DNA of 64,000 nucleotides from Leucoraja ocellata (GCA_036785375.1 JAWMAR010000103.1:4030001-4094000); one strand, 5' to 3'; counted from the stretch's first letter, positions 24,806-37,953 are shown. A program made the numbers and translations. Notes: generated by a model not told the origin, from the sequence alone.

Positions 24806-25611
24806 AGAATCTGGAAGCATGTGGAAGAAAGCTCCATGGACATTCTCCTGTCCACTCCTTTATTCACCACTTCAAAAAAAATTGAACCATCAAGATCATA
24901 TCCATTCTGACTCTCTGACCGAAATAAGAATTTCAAGGGTCCTTCTGCAGAAAATTTAACGTGTAGGTTTTATTGTGAAAAATACTCAGTAGTGAACACC
25001 AACAGCACATATTATAAAATATGTGGGACTTTACATTGCAGTTTCTCGCTGGCTGGACTATGTTGGCACCGTCCGTCCCTTCTCAGAGATTCTTCGTCTG
25101 TGGAAGCGAATTGGAAATATTTTTGTTTCTGTGTCATTTCAGCTGTAAAACTATCATCAGAATCCAGTCATCACGTTGGGCAAATTGATTTAAATATGAC
25201 ATTCCGACGTGAAATATTTTATTATGGAGAAATAAAGACTTTGCCTGAAATGAAACACTCATGAGAGCACGTGCTGACAACTTCTGTGTTGTTTTTGGGA
25301 GAAGGTACATTGAAAGGTTCACAGGAAGCTCAGTATTTTCATGCCAGCATCCTGTATTTTTAAAAGTGAGACATTTGCATTATTATGCTTACATAACCAC
25401 TTCTGTGACTGGATAATGTGAGCCATAGTGCTTACAACTTCCCAAATATTTTCACAAGATGTGTTAAGATTTCTGGATGTGTGGGGAGGGTGAAGGAGGG
25501 GTACGTGTCGTTCACAGCACCCGTGCACACACAGCACCACTAAGCAGGCAAGATGTGGGTCTAATGGCAAGGATTCTACATCTGGTGTCTTTCCAATCTT
25601 AGTCTTGATTT

Positions 25612-25930
25612 TCGGTTTAGTTTAGTTCAGTTTTGAGATACAGCACGGACACAGGCCCTTCAACCCATCAAGTCAGCGCCAACCAGTGATCCCTGCTCAC
25701 TAACACTATCCTATACACAATATGGACAATTTACAATTTTACTGAAGCCAATTAGCCTACAAACCTGTACGCCTTTGAATGTGCAGGAAAAACGGAGCAG
25801 CTGGATAAAACCCACACAGGTCAAAGGGAGAACGTACAAACTCCATACAGTCAGCACCTGTAGTCAGGATCGAACCCAGGTCTCTGGCGATGTAAGACAG
25901 TAACTCTATCGCTGCGCCACTGAGCCGCTT
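25612..25930 (-). mobile_element. Near full-length V-SINE (HE1-like)
   Basis: Minus strand reads GTGGCGCAGCGATAGAG…GGGTTCGATCC (A and B boxes) through to a (CTAAA)n tail. Confidence 0.85.
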
Positions 25931-26181
25931 GATGTGAAGATCTAAGGGCTGAAGACCAGACATTTCCCAATTGGGAAGAGGGAAGGGCAATTATATGGTG
26001 AGCCAGAAGTCATGAGTGTTAATCCTGGCTAAATTGGAGCAGCTAGGACTTCAAAATGGGGTTAAGTTTCAGGGTTGCTGGGAGATTTGGTCAAATTGGA
26101 ATTTCTGCAGAGTTGGGACAAGCTGCAGAGAGGTGCCAGAGTGTCTGGAGCTTAGATACAATTTGCAAGCAAAGAATGGGA

Positions 26182-26770
26182 TGATCTGAAAACCCTGTCA
26201 ATTTGGTGCAAAATGCATAGAATGGATTGGATGGCTGCAAACCAGACATACACCTTGTAAATAATGTTGCAGAGTTTAACTTCCTCAAGTGTTGATTAGA
26301 TGAGGTGTTGATCGTTGTCTGGGTTTTCTGTAAATCAGGGTAAATGTTTCTAAGTTGACTTCCTCTCGAAGTCCGTTTCAAATACAATGTATTGAACTGT
26401 TGTATCATTGGGTTAGGGGAATGCCTGTTATGGGGTTAATCAATATCTGTAATTGGGTTATTGAGAGAACACCACCATGTGGTTTGGCCCCTCGAGGTCC
26501 CGGGACATATAAAAGTCCGCGATCATGAGGCTCAGCGTCGATGTTCTGGAAGAGTCCTCGGGACTGCGTGAACTTCTGGTGTGTCTCTGTCTGAGCGACG
26601 CCTAGAGGGCTTGAACAGGAAGACGCAAGGATCGAACCCGCAGTGGGATAGGTGCAGTGTTTGATCTGTGATGCGCTTTTGGTAAAATAAAATGTTGTTG
26701 TTTCAAGTGCTTGATTCGGTGTTTTTAATGAAACTAGACTGGGGGGAAGCTTAGAAATGAGCAATTATCA
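26182..26770 (+). mobile_element. 5' LTR of an endogenous retrovirus (left boundary tentative)
   Basis: TGAT…ATCA termini; TATAAAA at 26508; AATAAA at 26686; immediately followed by a PBS. Confidence 0.7.
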
Positions 26771-26771
26771 T

Positions 26772-26789
26772 TGAGGGCTCATCCGGGAT
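26772..26789 (+). promoter_or_regulatory. Primer-binding site for tRNA-Pro
   Basis: TGAGGGCTCATCCGGGAT is a 16/18 match to the canonical PBS-Pro TGGGGGCTCGTCCGGGAT, one base after the LTR-terminal CA. Confidence 0.85.
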
Positions 26790-28351
26790 CTCAAAAGACC
26801 CCCAAACACAAGTTTGCGATCAAGGGTGTTGAGCTGTTTCGATCGCGAGTGCAGAAATCGGGCCAACGGTGTGGTTTTTGCATTGATTTTCAGCACTTTG
26901 TCAGTCGGAGCGGATCGATCATTCGCGGGCTTGGGAAAGGGTCTAATTGAGATCATTAGAACAGAGTCTAGCAAGCACGGGGGAGTGGTTAGCATGCCTT
27001 TGGGTTGGAGGTCCTGGTGGGGTTGGGTTAGAATCTTTTCCTGGGATAGAGGCCTAAAACTGGTCGTAGTTGGGCAGAATGCAGCTGCCTTTTCGAGAGC
27101 CAAACACGCTTCATTGGGCGATGAGTGGCCCAGGATTAGACTTGGTATCCGAATTGGCGGGGTATTAAAAGACAGGTCTCACCTTCGATTGGATCGCCGC
27201 CGGGAATACGAATTGAAATGGTGTGTTTTGAAAGACGGCATCGATAATTCACAGCGCGAAGCGGCTAGGCGCTGGATCCTCGGTACTTAGCAGAAGGGTG
27301 TATCTGTGTGTAGGTATCTGAGTCTCTCCCTCAAGTGACGGGCAAAGAACCTTGAGAAGGTACCGAGCTTGGACGAACAGAGTATAGATTGACCAGAATA
27401 CTTCAGTTCATTCAATTTTTTCAATTCACGTTTAATCGGGCAATTTTAGCTGATTCAAGAGCCCACTTAGTAAGAGAGATACGCACTAAAAGTCTGAGTC
27501 TATATTTGTAGTTAAATTTTCAAATTGGATTTCATATTGAAGTTCTGCGTAAGGTGGAATTTGAATTCCTGTATATAAAGCTTTGAAGTTGGTGCATGTC
27601 CATGATCGATTCTGAATAGTGGCTGATCAACAGTGAGTAGTAATCCTCTGGTCGATTGTTGATTAGTGCCTGATAGCGAAGAGTACCTGAGAGATGGGAG
27701 CCTCCTTGCTTGAAGAAAAGTAATCCAAATAGCGAAGGGTACCCCTAATTCTGTCGAACTTAGAGAGGAGGGATAGAGGACCCCCTATAGAAGTCCAGTC
27801 TTAGCAGCGGGATAGTAACATTCGGGAGAAAAAGTAATCATTTAGGGAATAGTACCCCTCAACAAAGAGTAAACTTTCCGAGGGAGAGGTTCGCTGCGTG
27901 ATACCAGCGCTTTGCTTTAATTCATTTTGTAAATTGTAAAAATCTAATTATCCGTATTGTTATAGGATCCGAATTTTGTAAATAGTCTCTGTATGTAAAT
28001 AAAATTAGAGTAATTAAAAGTTAAAATTTAGATCGTGTTAAGTCCGCGGACCGTCATTTGCATTGTTGCTTGGGCGAGTGTTTACAGATTTAAAACTTGA
28101 AGCGAGAGTGTGTTTAAGTTAGATATTCGTATTTGTTTAATATCGTTTTGTAAGAATCTGAATCGGGGTGGTTTGATCAGGGGTTGTACTCCTTCGATTG
28201 CTTCATCGGGGGAGGAGTTATCCTGCCGATTGATTGCACCACGAGGAAGATTAATTAGAGTGGGGTTTACTGGATGCTTATAGTTTATATTAGGTTGTGT
28301 TTTAGGTTGTTGATAATCGGGGAAATATTTTCAATCTTAATTATAGTTTAG

Positions 28352-28703
28352 CTAGATGCAGGAAGATTGTTCCCGATGTTGGGGAAGTCCAGAACAAGGG
28401 ATCACAGTTTAAGGATAAGGGGGAAGTCTTTTAGGACAGAGATGAGAAACACATTTTTCACACAGAGAGTGGTGAATCTCTGGAATTCTCTGCCACAGAA
28501 GGTAGTTCATTGGCTATATTTACGAGGGAGTTAGATGTGGCCCTTGTGGCTAAGGGAATCAGGGGGTATGGGGAGAAGGCAGGTAGAGGATACTGAGTTG
28601 GATGATCAGCCATGATCATATTGAATGGCGGTGCAGACTCGAAGGGTCGAAGGGCCGAATGGCCTACTCCTGCACCTATTTTCTATGTTTCTATGTTTCT
28701 ATG
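28352..28703 (+). mobile_element. CR1 3' fragment in the ERV leader
   Basis: Nearly identical to 31665-32000; (TTTCTATG)n tail. Confidence 0.9.
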
Positions 28704-29104
28704 TTAGCATGGTTTGGGTTCGTCTCTTTGTGCCAACTTAAAGTTAATTAAGCGAGAGAGAGACTGCTGCTTGAGAGACTGTGAGTGGGAGTTCGACCCT
28801 TTGTTTGAAAGTTTGGAATTGAATGCAGTGATTGTGATTTAACTGATAAGAGAGTTGGGAGAGACTGAATAGGAGCGAGTGGTTTGAATAATTAAACATG
28901 AGTGATTGGGAGATAGTTGAAAGGAAGCAAGTGCTAGAGTAAGTGTGAGTCGGAAAGATCATTGACCATTGTGTGGGAGAGATTCCATTGACCCTGGAGT
29001 CTGAGAGGAGCAGTGAGAGAAAGAGTTGTTAGTGTCTGGAACCTTCATTTTGCAAATTGTGTTTTGTGTTGTGTTTTTAAAGGGCCACTTTTCACCATCA
29101 TTGT

Positions 29105-32000
29105 ATAAGGGATAAGAGTGTTGTAAAAACAAGCCTGAAGGCTTTATGTCTCAATGCAAGGAGCATTCATAATAAGGTGGATGAGTTGAATGTGCAGATA
29201 GCTATTAATGACTATGATATAGTTGGGATCACGGAGACATGGCTCCAGGGTGACCAAGGCTGGGAGCTGAACATCCAGGGATATTCAATATTCAGGAGGG
29301 ATAGACAGAAAGGAAAAGGAGGTGGGGTAGCGTTGCTGGTTAGAGAGGAGATTAACGCAATAGAAAGGAAGGACATTAGCTAGGAGGATGTGGAATCGAT
29401 ATGGGTAGAACTGCGTAACACTAAGGGGCAGAAAACGCTAGTGGGAGTTGTGTACAGGCCACCTAACAGTAGTAGTGGAGTTGGGGATGGCATCAAACAG
29501 GAAATTAGAAATGCGTGCAACAAAGATAAAACAGTTATAATGGGTGACTCCAATCTACATATAGATTGGGTGAATCAAATTGGCAAGGGTGCTGAGGAAG
29601 AGGATTTCTTGGAATGTATGCGGGATAGTTTTCTAAACCAACATGCAGAGGAACCAACGAGAGAGCAGGTTATTCTAGACTGGGTATTGAGTAATGAGGA
29701 AAGGTTCGTTAGCAGTCTTGTTGTGCGTGGCCCCTTGGGCAATAGTGACCGAAATATTGTTGAGTTCTTCATTAGGATGGAGAGTGACATTGCTAATTCA
29801 GAAACAAGGGTCCTGAACTTAAAGAAAGGTAACTTTGAGGGTATGAGATGTGAATTGGCCAAGATAGACTGGCAATTGATTCTTAAAGGGTTGACGGTGG
29901 ATATGCAATGGAAGGCATTTAAAGACTGCATGGATGAGCTACAACAATTGTTCATCCCAGTTTGGCAAAATAATAAATCAGGGAAGGTAGTGCATCCGTG
30001 GATAACAAGGGAAATCAGGGATAGTATCAAAACAAAAGATGAAGCATACAAATTAGCCAGAAAAAGCAGTCTACCAGAGGACTGGGAAAAATTCAGAGTC
30101 CAACAGAGGAGGACAAAGGGCTTAATTAGGAAAGGGAAAATAGATTATGAAAGAAAACTGGAAGGGAACATAAAAACTGACTGCAAAAGTTTTTATAGAT
30201 ATGTGAAGAGAAAAAGATTAGTTAAAACAAATGTAGGTCCCTTGCAGTCAGAAACAGGTGAATTGATCATGGGGAACAAGGACATGGCAGACCAATTGAA
30301 TAATTACTTTGGTTCTGTCTTCACCAAGGAAGACATAAATAATCTGCTGGAAATAGCAGGGGACCGGGGGTCAAATGAGATGGAGGAACTGAGTGAAATC
30401 CAGGTTAGCCGGGAAGTGGTGTTAGGTAAATTGAATGGATTAAAGGCCGATAAATCCCCAGGGCCAGATAGGCTGCATCCCAGAGTACTTAAGGAAGTAG
30501 CCCCAGAAATGGTGGATGCATTAGTGATAATTTTTCAAAACTCTTTAGATTCTGGAGTAGTTCCTGAGGATTGGAGGGTAGCTAATGTAACCCCACTTTT
30601 TAAGAAGGGAGGGAGAGAGAAAACGGGGAATTACAGACCAGTTAGTCTAACATCGGTGGTGGGGAAACTGCTAGAATCAGTTATTAAAGATGGGATAGCA
30701 GCACATTTGGAAAGTGGTGAAATCATTGGACAAAGTCAGCATAGATTTATGAAAGGTATAGAATTTTTCGAGGATGTAACTAGTAGAGTGGATAAGGGAG
30801 AACCAGTGGATGTGTTATATCTGGACTTTCAGAAGGCTTTTGACAAGGTCCCACATAAGAGATTAGTATACAAACGTAAAACACACGGTATTGGGGGTTC
30901 AGTATTGATGTGGATAGAGAACTGGCTGGCAGACAGGAAGCAAAGAGTAGGAGTAAACGGGTCCTTTTCACAATGGCAGGCAGTGACTAGTGGGGTACCG
31001 CAAGGCTCAGTGCTGGGACCCCAGCTATTTACAATATATATTAATAATTTGGACGAGGGAATTGAATGCAACATCTCCAAGTTTGTGGATGACACGAAGC
31101 TGGGGGGCAGTGTTAGCTGTGAGGAGGATGCTACGAGGCTGCAAGGTGACTTGGATAGGCTGGGTGAGTGGGAAAATGCATGGCAGATGCAGTATAATGT
31201 GGATAAATGTGAGGTTATTCACTTCGGTGGCAAAAACAAGAAAGTAGACTATTATCTGAATGGTGGCCGATTAGGAAAGGGGGAGATGCAATGAGACCTG
31301 GTGTCATGGTACACCAGTTATTGAAAGTAGGCATGCAGATGCAGCAGGCAGTGAAGAAAGCAAATGGTATGTTAGCATTCATAGCAAAAGGTTTTGAGTA
31401 TAGGAGCAGGGAGGTTCTACTGCAGTCGTACAGGGTCTTGGTGAGACCACACCTGGAGTATTGCGTACAGTTTTAGTCTCCTAATCTGAGGAAAGACATT
31501 CTTGCCATAGAGGGAGAATAGAGAAGGTTCACCAGACTGATTCCTGGGATGTCAGGACTTTCATATGAAGAAAGACTGGATAGACTCGGCTTGTACTCGC
31601 TAGAATTTAGATGATTGAGGGGGGATCTTATAGAAACTTTCAGAATTCTTAAGGGTTTGGACAGGCTAGATGCGGGTAGATTGTTCCCGATGTTGGGGAA
31701 GTCCAGAACAAGGGGTCACAGTTTAAGGATAAGGGGGAAATCTTTTAGGACCGAGATGAGGAAAACTTTTTTCACACAGAGAGTGGTGAATCTCTGGAAT
31801 TCTCTGCCACAGAAGGTAGTTGAGGCCAGTTCATTAGCTATATTTAAGAGGGAGTTAGATGTGGCCCATGTGGCTATGGGGTATGGGGAGAAGGCATCAC
31901 GGGGTATGGAGAGAAGGCAGGTATAGGATACTGAGTTGGATGATCAGCCATGATCATATTAAATGGCCTACTCCTGCACCTATTTTCTATGTTTCTATGT
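29105..32000 (+). mobile_element. CR1-clade LINE: almost complete ORF2 (APE endonuclease and RT) and 3' tail
   Basis: LNARSI…GITETWL…GGGVAL, YRPP, KSPGPD, NYRPVSLTS, YLDFQKAFDKV, GVPQGSVLGP and FVDD motifs; (TTTCTATG)n tail; possible TSD CATTGT at 29099 and 32002. Confidence 0.95.
29135..31900 (+). pseudogene. CR1 ORF2 pseudogene
   Basis: Stop at 29381, an in-frame deletion after QHRFMKG, a frameshift near 31293 and further stops. Confidence 0.9.
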
Positions 32001-32014
32001 CCATTGTTCCGAGA

Positions 32015-32790
32015 ATGGGGAATGTCTGCGAGAAGGATCGATCAAACAGATTAGAAAGCCCAATAAGGATAATTTGCGGGGAGTTTCCAAATGAAGCGGA
32101 TAGACTGAGGGGATTATTGGGGAACTTAAATGCACTTTTGAAAGACCAACTTTGGCCATTGTGGGGAATAAAGTATTTAATCGGGATAAACTATATAGAG
32201 ACGATCGTTAAATATGGGAATAGTGAAGAAGCCAACAAGTTAATTGAAATGTGGAAGATATTCTTCACTAAAAGAAAAATAAATAAAGAAATTGTTTTGC
32301 TGTCCACTCTAAGAATGGCGGCTTGTAAATTGGGAATAGGAGGAGACAATTGAACTGATACTTCTCGGACATTTCAGAGTGGGGACAAGGAGAACTAGTA
32401 AACCAACAGCAGGAGCAGGAGGAGGAGAGAGTGTCGTCTTTCGAAAAGGAGACTGCTGAAATTACTCTTAAAGGGAAGGTGTCAACGGAAATTAAATCGG
32501 GTAAATTGGGTATGAATGAGAAAGGGAATTATATGCCAGGGTGGGCAGAATTTTTCAGAGTAGATATAGAGCCACAGTATTCCTCACAGAACTCTCATGT
32601 TCCCTATGTGGAGAAACCGTGTGCAACCTGCACACTTCGGCTCCTCCCCCTAATATTAAATCTGACATAGAAACATCAGGGAGAGATCATCTATCTGCCA
32701 GGATTGCCGCACAGGTGGAGGGCAATAGGGGAAACCAAGGAGCTAGAAAGGGCTTCATCGACATGGGTGCCAAATCTAATTAGGGATTCT
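32015..32790 (+). pseudogene. ERV gag (MA and late-domain-like) and protease remnants
   Basis: MGNVCEK…QLWPLWG (Met-Gly start, WPxxG matrix motif); TSAPPP; then GFIDMGAKS, read as a degenerate D(T)GA protease active site at 32760-32771. Confidence 0.6.
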
Positions 32791-35309
32791 AGTAGTGAAG
32801 AATAAAAGAATCCTTCTTGGGGTACTTGGATAAAACAAATAGCCTTTCAGGGGGTGAAATAAGGGGAGAATATGGATGGATTGGTTCGGACATAAATAAT
32901 ATTATGGTGTCAGAACAATTCACCATGGAGAGGATTTAGTAAGAACTCCCCGTAGACAATGTGGGAAATGCCCACATCAGGTATAAATGTTCCCCAGACC
33001 ACAGACTATCAGACATCAAGGCAGCCTGGTTCAACGGCAGCACGGAGATTAGAGGTCCAAATAAAAGAGATAAGAACAAATGAGGATAAGGCGGAAGAAG
33101 ACCTCAAGGCCTGGATAGACCTCCCATTTACAGAACAACCTTTCCTATGTTTGGCTGGCGAGGTTGTAGAGCAGTCCGGCCCGATTTGTGTTTTAGCTAT
33201 GGAGGACTAGGGCACTGGAGCTGACCGTGACCCATGAGAGAATATCATCAGGAATGAAGGGGGCAGAGAAGGAGGCCACGGGGTCACGGAAACCAATGGA
33301 TTCCAAGAGGGCACCGAGGCTCCTGTGACCCTGAAGGTAGAGGACGGGAACACTGGCAGGGGGATCAGGGGGAAGGGACATTCCAACAGTCCAACACATT
33401 TTGGTGGCCCTGATCTGCCAGTTAGCAGCAATACCATCTGATTAAATTAAAAAGCGTCCTCACCTGGCCTAAGAAACAGTACTGTACATTAAACAGGAAT
33501 ATCACCCCTTCCAAGTAGGAGAAGATACATCGAATCCAACTCTCAGAGAACCTTCATTAAAGGAAGAAGTACGGGGAAACATAGTAGCTAGCATGAGGAG
33601 AGATAACGACTAAGGAATGGAAATGGCCCTAGGGAGAGAAGAGACAAGCTTGCCGTGCAGGAGGAATGGGAGTGGGGAAAGAAGTTATTGAATTAACGTG
33701 TTGCTTTGTTTTGTGCCTGCAGGACAATATGTCAACAAGAGACTGTCTGGGGAGTGAGGTAAATGAATGTACAGAACCCGAAGAACGGGAAGAAGACAGC
33801 AAAAGGTAATGTAGCTCGCCAGAAAAAGGTGAACAGCAGGAAGAATGAATACTGTCCTGCCCCTTAAGACATTTGGGAAGGCCAGCAGGCAGAGCAGCAT
33901 GCTCCTCAGTATCTCCACTCCCTAGTAACCGACACCATAATCAGAAAGGAGGAAGAAAAGGACCTACCTAGTGCCCAACTTTAATATCACCTAGCTACTG
34001 GAGGAATAAAAGGAAGGAGAATAAAGGACACTTTAATCATCTTTGAAAGAAACGACACCAACGACTTATAATGACTTCTGGGACAAACCTCACTCTAAAA
34101 GACTGATTTCAAGTAAAATATTTATCTGTGGTTTGGAGTAAAATACCTGAATTGCATCTAAATTATGCGTATTAGAAATAAAGTTATAAATTTGGGATTC
34201 GGTCTCGAAATTGTGCGGTGATGAATTGAAGGGACTTTAAAAAATTTCAAGATTTGGAATAGACTTGTGGAATCTGACTTAGGACTAATTGGAGATTTAT
34301 TATTAACTGACATTGTTATTATCTCACCCTCAAAAAGGCAGACAAAGATGGAAAGGATTGTTCAAAGGGCAACAAGAAGGATGAAACTTGGTCTGTGAAA
34401 AGGTGCTGGAGGAACTCAGCAGGTTAGCCAGGATCTGTGGAAGGAAATGGACCATTGATATTCTGGGTCAAGATTCTTCATCTAAATTGAAAGCGTAGAG
34501 GGGAAGTAGCCAATGCCTCACTCACATTCACTCTGCCTTAATACCAACTTGCTTTCTCCCTTTCTCAGGTCCATTGAAGGACCTGTGCCTTGAGAAAGAC
34601 ACAAAAAGCCGGGGTAACTCAGCGGGTCAGGCAGCATCTCTGGAGAAAAGGAATAGGTGACATTTTTGGTCGAGACCACACCAGACTATGATATGTACTG
34701 TATGATGGGCCAGATGTAAGTTCTGCATCAATACAGTCAGTTCTGTATACTTGTTTAATTTACTTGCTTATAGACCTGTTTTAGACCAAGGGAAGTTTTT
34801 GAGTTCCTAACAAAGAGCTGCACTTAATTAAAATGTACAAAACTGATACAAGAGAACTACTTTGATCTGTTAATGAACCCAAGCTCCCCCCCCCAGCCCC
34901 CACACACCCCACCCGCACCTACCCTCACCACTGTTCTCCATTGAATAGTTATATAATGATTGCTGGGTTGTTTGAAGGCATAGTAAATATGCATTTAGCC
35001 AATGCGCTATGGCATTACGGTTGATAATTATCACTTTGCTGTACATGGGAGAATGCTGTATTTTCTTATATCATGGTGATTACATTTTTAAAATATCCTA
35101 ATAGCGCTAAAGTGACTGGGAGATTCAAAAACATGTTAGGGAAATGCAAGACTTCTTTTTCGTACATTTTTGTCAACACCAATTAAGGATGTATCAGTTT
35201 TTTTTTTTAAATGTTGGATATTTTACTTGAGTTCCCAGCAATATAGGTTGTTCTGGAATGAAGGTAGCATTCATTTGTAGCCCACAAGAGACCACTGTGC
35301 ATTTCGAAC

Positions 35310-35690
35310 ATAAAACATAAAACATGCAACAGTTTAGGACAGAAACAAGTCCTTCAGCACACAAAGTCAATGTCAAACAATGCCAAGTTAAACTAATCTC
35401 CCCTTTGCTTGCAGGTGACCCATATTCCTCCAGACCCTCCATATCCATATGACTATCTAAAAGCCTCTAAAACACCACTATTAAATCTGCCTTCACTACC
35501 ATCCCTGGCAGCACGTTCTGGGCACCCACCCCCCTGTGCAAAAAACTTGCTCCACAAATCTCCTTTAAACTTTCCCCCCTCCCACCTGAAACCTATGCCT
35601 TATTTGTGAATTTGTGAAACCTATGCCTAAGCCTTTGACATTTCTACCTAGTGAAAAGGTTTCTACCCTCTCAAAGTCTCTCATAATTGT
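35310..35690 (-). mobile_element. Degenerate CR1 3' fragment
   Basis: Homologous to the CR1 tails at 41180-41400 and 53632-53990. Confidence 0.6.
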
Positions 35691-35946
35691 ATATCATTGT
35701 ATATGAAAAAATAACACCATAATCAGTTTTTATTGATTTTTAATGAAAAGTTTGTAAATGCATAGAAATTGTGATGACTATCACCAAGGTTGGATATAAT
35801 GTTCAGCTTGAGTGGAGGTAGAAAATTAAAATTCTTTAGCCAAGTTTCATTTTACCTCTGACTCTGTTGCCACTTTTGGTAAGGTTAGCAAAGCAGTCAA
35901 CCAGATTACTGTAACATTTCTATAGATGTTACTGTCAAGCGTGTTT

Positions 35947-36108
35947 NNNNNNNNNNNNNNNNNNNNNNNNNNNNNNNNNNNNNNNNNNNNNNNNNNNNNN
36001 NNNNNNNNNNNNNNNNNNNNNNNNNNNNNNNNNNNNNNNNNNNNNNNNNNNNNNNNNNNNNNNNNNNNNNNNNNNNNNNNNNNNNNNNNNNNNNNNNNNN
36101 NNNNNNNN
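35947..36108. other. Assembly gap (162 N)
   Basis: Run of N. Confidence 1.
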
Positions 36109-36324
36109 TTGGCAAACATATATAAACAAGTAACTGCTGATGCTGGTTTACAAAAAAAGACAAACATATGCAAGACATAATCTAGTTTGATGATAATTTC
36201 CTTTCTGTAATTGCATTTTATCTATTCAGGCATTTGACTTTAATGTGTTTCCCGGTATCTGTCAGATTGAACACATATTGCCTGGCATATTACAGCAACT
36301 GGACTATTTCCATGTACAGTATTC

Positions 36325-36580
36325 TTAAGTTTAGTTTAGAGACATCTAGCGCAGAAACAGGCCCTTCTTCCGACCAAGTCTGTGTAGACCTGTTATCCCC
36401 ATACACTTGCACTATCCTGCACACTAAGGACAAATTACAATTTTACAAAAAACCTGCAAACCTGTACGTCTCTGGAATGTGGGAGGAAACCGGAGCATCT
36501 GGAGAAAACCCATGCGGTCACAGGGAGAACGTACAACAGCACTTGTAGTCAGAATCGAAGTTGGGTTTCTGGAAGTGGAA
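36325..36580 (-). mobile_element. V-SINE copy
   Basis: Shared SINE body and tail. Confidence 0.75.
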
Positions 36581-37789
36581 GGCATTATATATGTAAGATA
36601 TTCTAAACAGCGATTTTTACCCTTCCTTCAAACTCATTTGTTGCAAATATTAATTTAGTTTCAGTCTGCTACAGTACAGACTTCATTATATCAATACTTA
36701 TTATATTGCCCATATTATTCCAAATTAGAACAATTTATGTTGTGGATTCATTGCTGCTGGAATCATGGATTAATAGAATTCTTTACGCATAGTGAGAGAC
36801 CAGTGAACCCATCAAGTCTGATGCTTTTTGTGTAAATAGTTCCGTTTGTCTCATTCCCTGCCTCTTTGTTTGTCTCCCTATAAATTTGTTTCCTTGACTG
36901 TGGTTTCTGAATTACATATTAAAAGCCATGTTTTAATCTTCTTCCAGAGACTGCGAATGTTCAGCACATGCAAAATAAAAACTGCACTGGATGTGTCCAA
37001 ACCCAATGGGATCCAGGAGCAGTGATAAACCCCCCATAAGTTCCGGGCATTGTTTGCCACTGGGCTACTCAGCCCATTAAACTTGTTATACTTTATCAAT
37101 TATTAACCTTAATGCCAAACTATCCAGTTACCGCGTCAATGTGATAAGCTTGTGACTCGTCTTGTTAATGATAATTTTGCATCCTACAAAGACATGAAAA
37201 ACATGGACATTTGCTCTGCTCATTTTGATATAATGGATTGCAAATGAACAACATATAAACACCATAGCTTTGAAGTGAAATCGTATGTATCTACAAATGC
37301 AACCGTCCTACTTATGCCATTGCACTCAATATATATTGAAAGAAAAATAAACAGAAACTAATTCGTATTTGGGGATGTGATGTTGAAAAGCTGCAATAAA
37401 TCCAACTAGACAAATGTTAGTAAATGTTCCCACTGATTAATGTAAGTTGGGACGTGGGACCTCACAGTCAGTTTTATGATAAAACGTTGGTTTACTGCGG
37501 AGAAGTTAATTCATGAATGATTTTCTTTTCCATTTTTATATAGTTTCCTTAAGTAACATTACCTTGTTAAAGCCATTAACCCAAAATATGATTTTCTTAA
37601 AAAAATACTTTTATTGTTTTAATTGAGAGAACTAACTATGAGAGAAAAAAATACAGGAAAGAGGGGTGAAAGATCAAGCAAGCATTAACTTTAAAGATGG
37701 GTGAACTTTCTGTGGATTCTGTTACTGTTGTAAAAGCTTGACATGTTACATTCAACTGATTTAATAGTACATGGTTGCTTATTAAGGCT

Positions 37790-37953
37790 TCTTCTTCTTA
37801 TCGAGTCCACACAATCAGATTAGAAGTTGTTCAGCCAGAACTGAGCACACTTCTCGGCATCTGCACAATGGTGTCTGTCTTGTGCTTCTTGTGCGTGGTG
37901 GTGGAAAGATTGGTGGAACAGGTCCGCGACGTGAACGTTCTTTCCTTGACCCC
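37790..37953 (-). mobile_element. 164-bp non-autonomous Vingi/Ingi-like retroposon
   Basis: 9-bp TSD ATTAAGGCT (37781-37789 and 37954-37962); minus-strand 3' end GGACTCGATAAGAAGAAG; 5' end is an HDV-like fold. Confidence 0.8.
37903..37953 (-). ncRNA. Minimal CPEB3-like HDV-type ribozyme motif (P4 essentially absent; degenerate P1 and P3)
   Basis: GGGGUCA-A-GGAAAGA-ACG-UUCACGU-CGC-GGACCU-GU-UCCA-CCAA-UCUUUCC: perfect 7-bp P2, L3 UUCACGU and GU at P1.1. Confidence 0.72.

Larger units (their letters stand above)
26790..34330 (+). mobile_element. Internal region of a defective class I (gamma/epsilon-like) ERV interrupted by two CR1 insertions; no 3' LTR seen
   Basis: Long leader, gag start at 32015, protease-like motif at ~32750 and an RT N-terminus-like piece at ~33440. 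Right boundary approximate. Confidence 0.6.

Noticed and set aside
26814-27290. 158-aa ORF after the PBS as a viral accessory gene
   Set aside because: Non-ATG start and no recognisable motif; cannot be supported.
29575-31247. Antisense and alternate-frame ORFs over CR1
   Set aside because: Shadow frames of the LINE ORF2.
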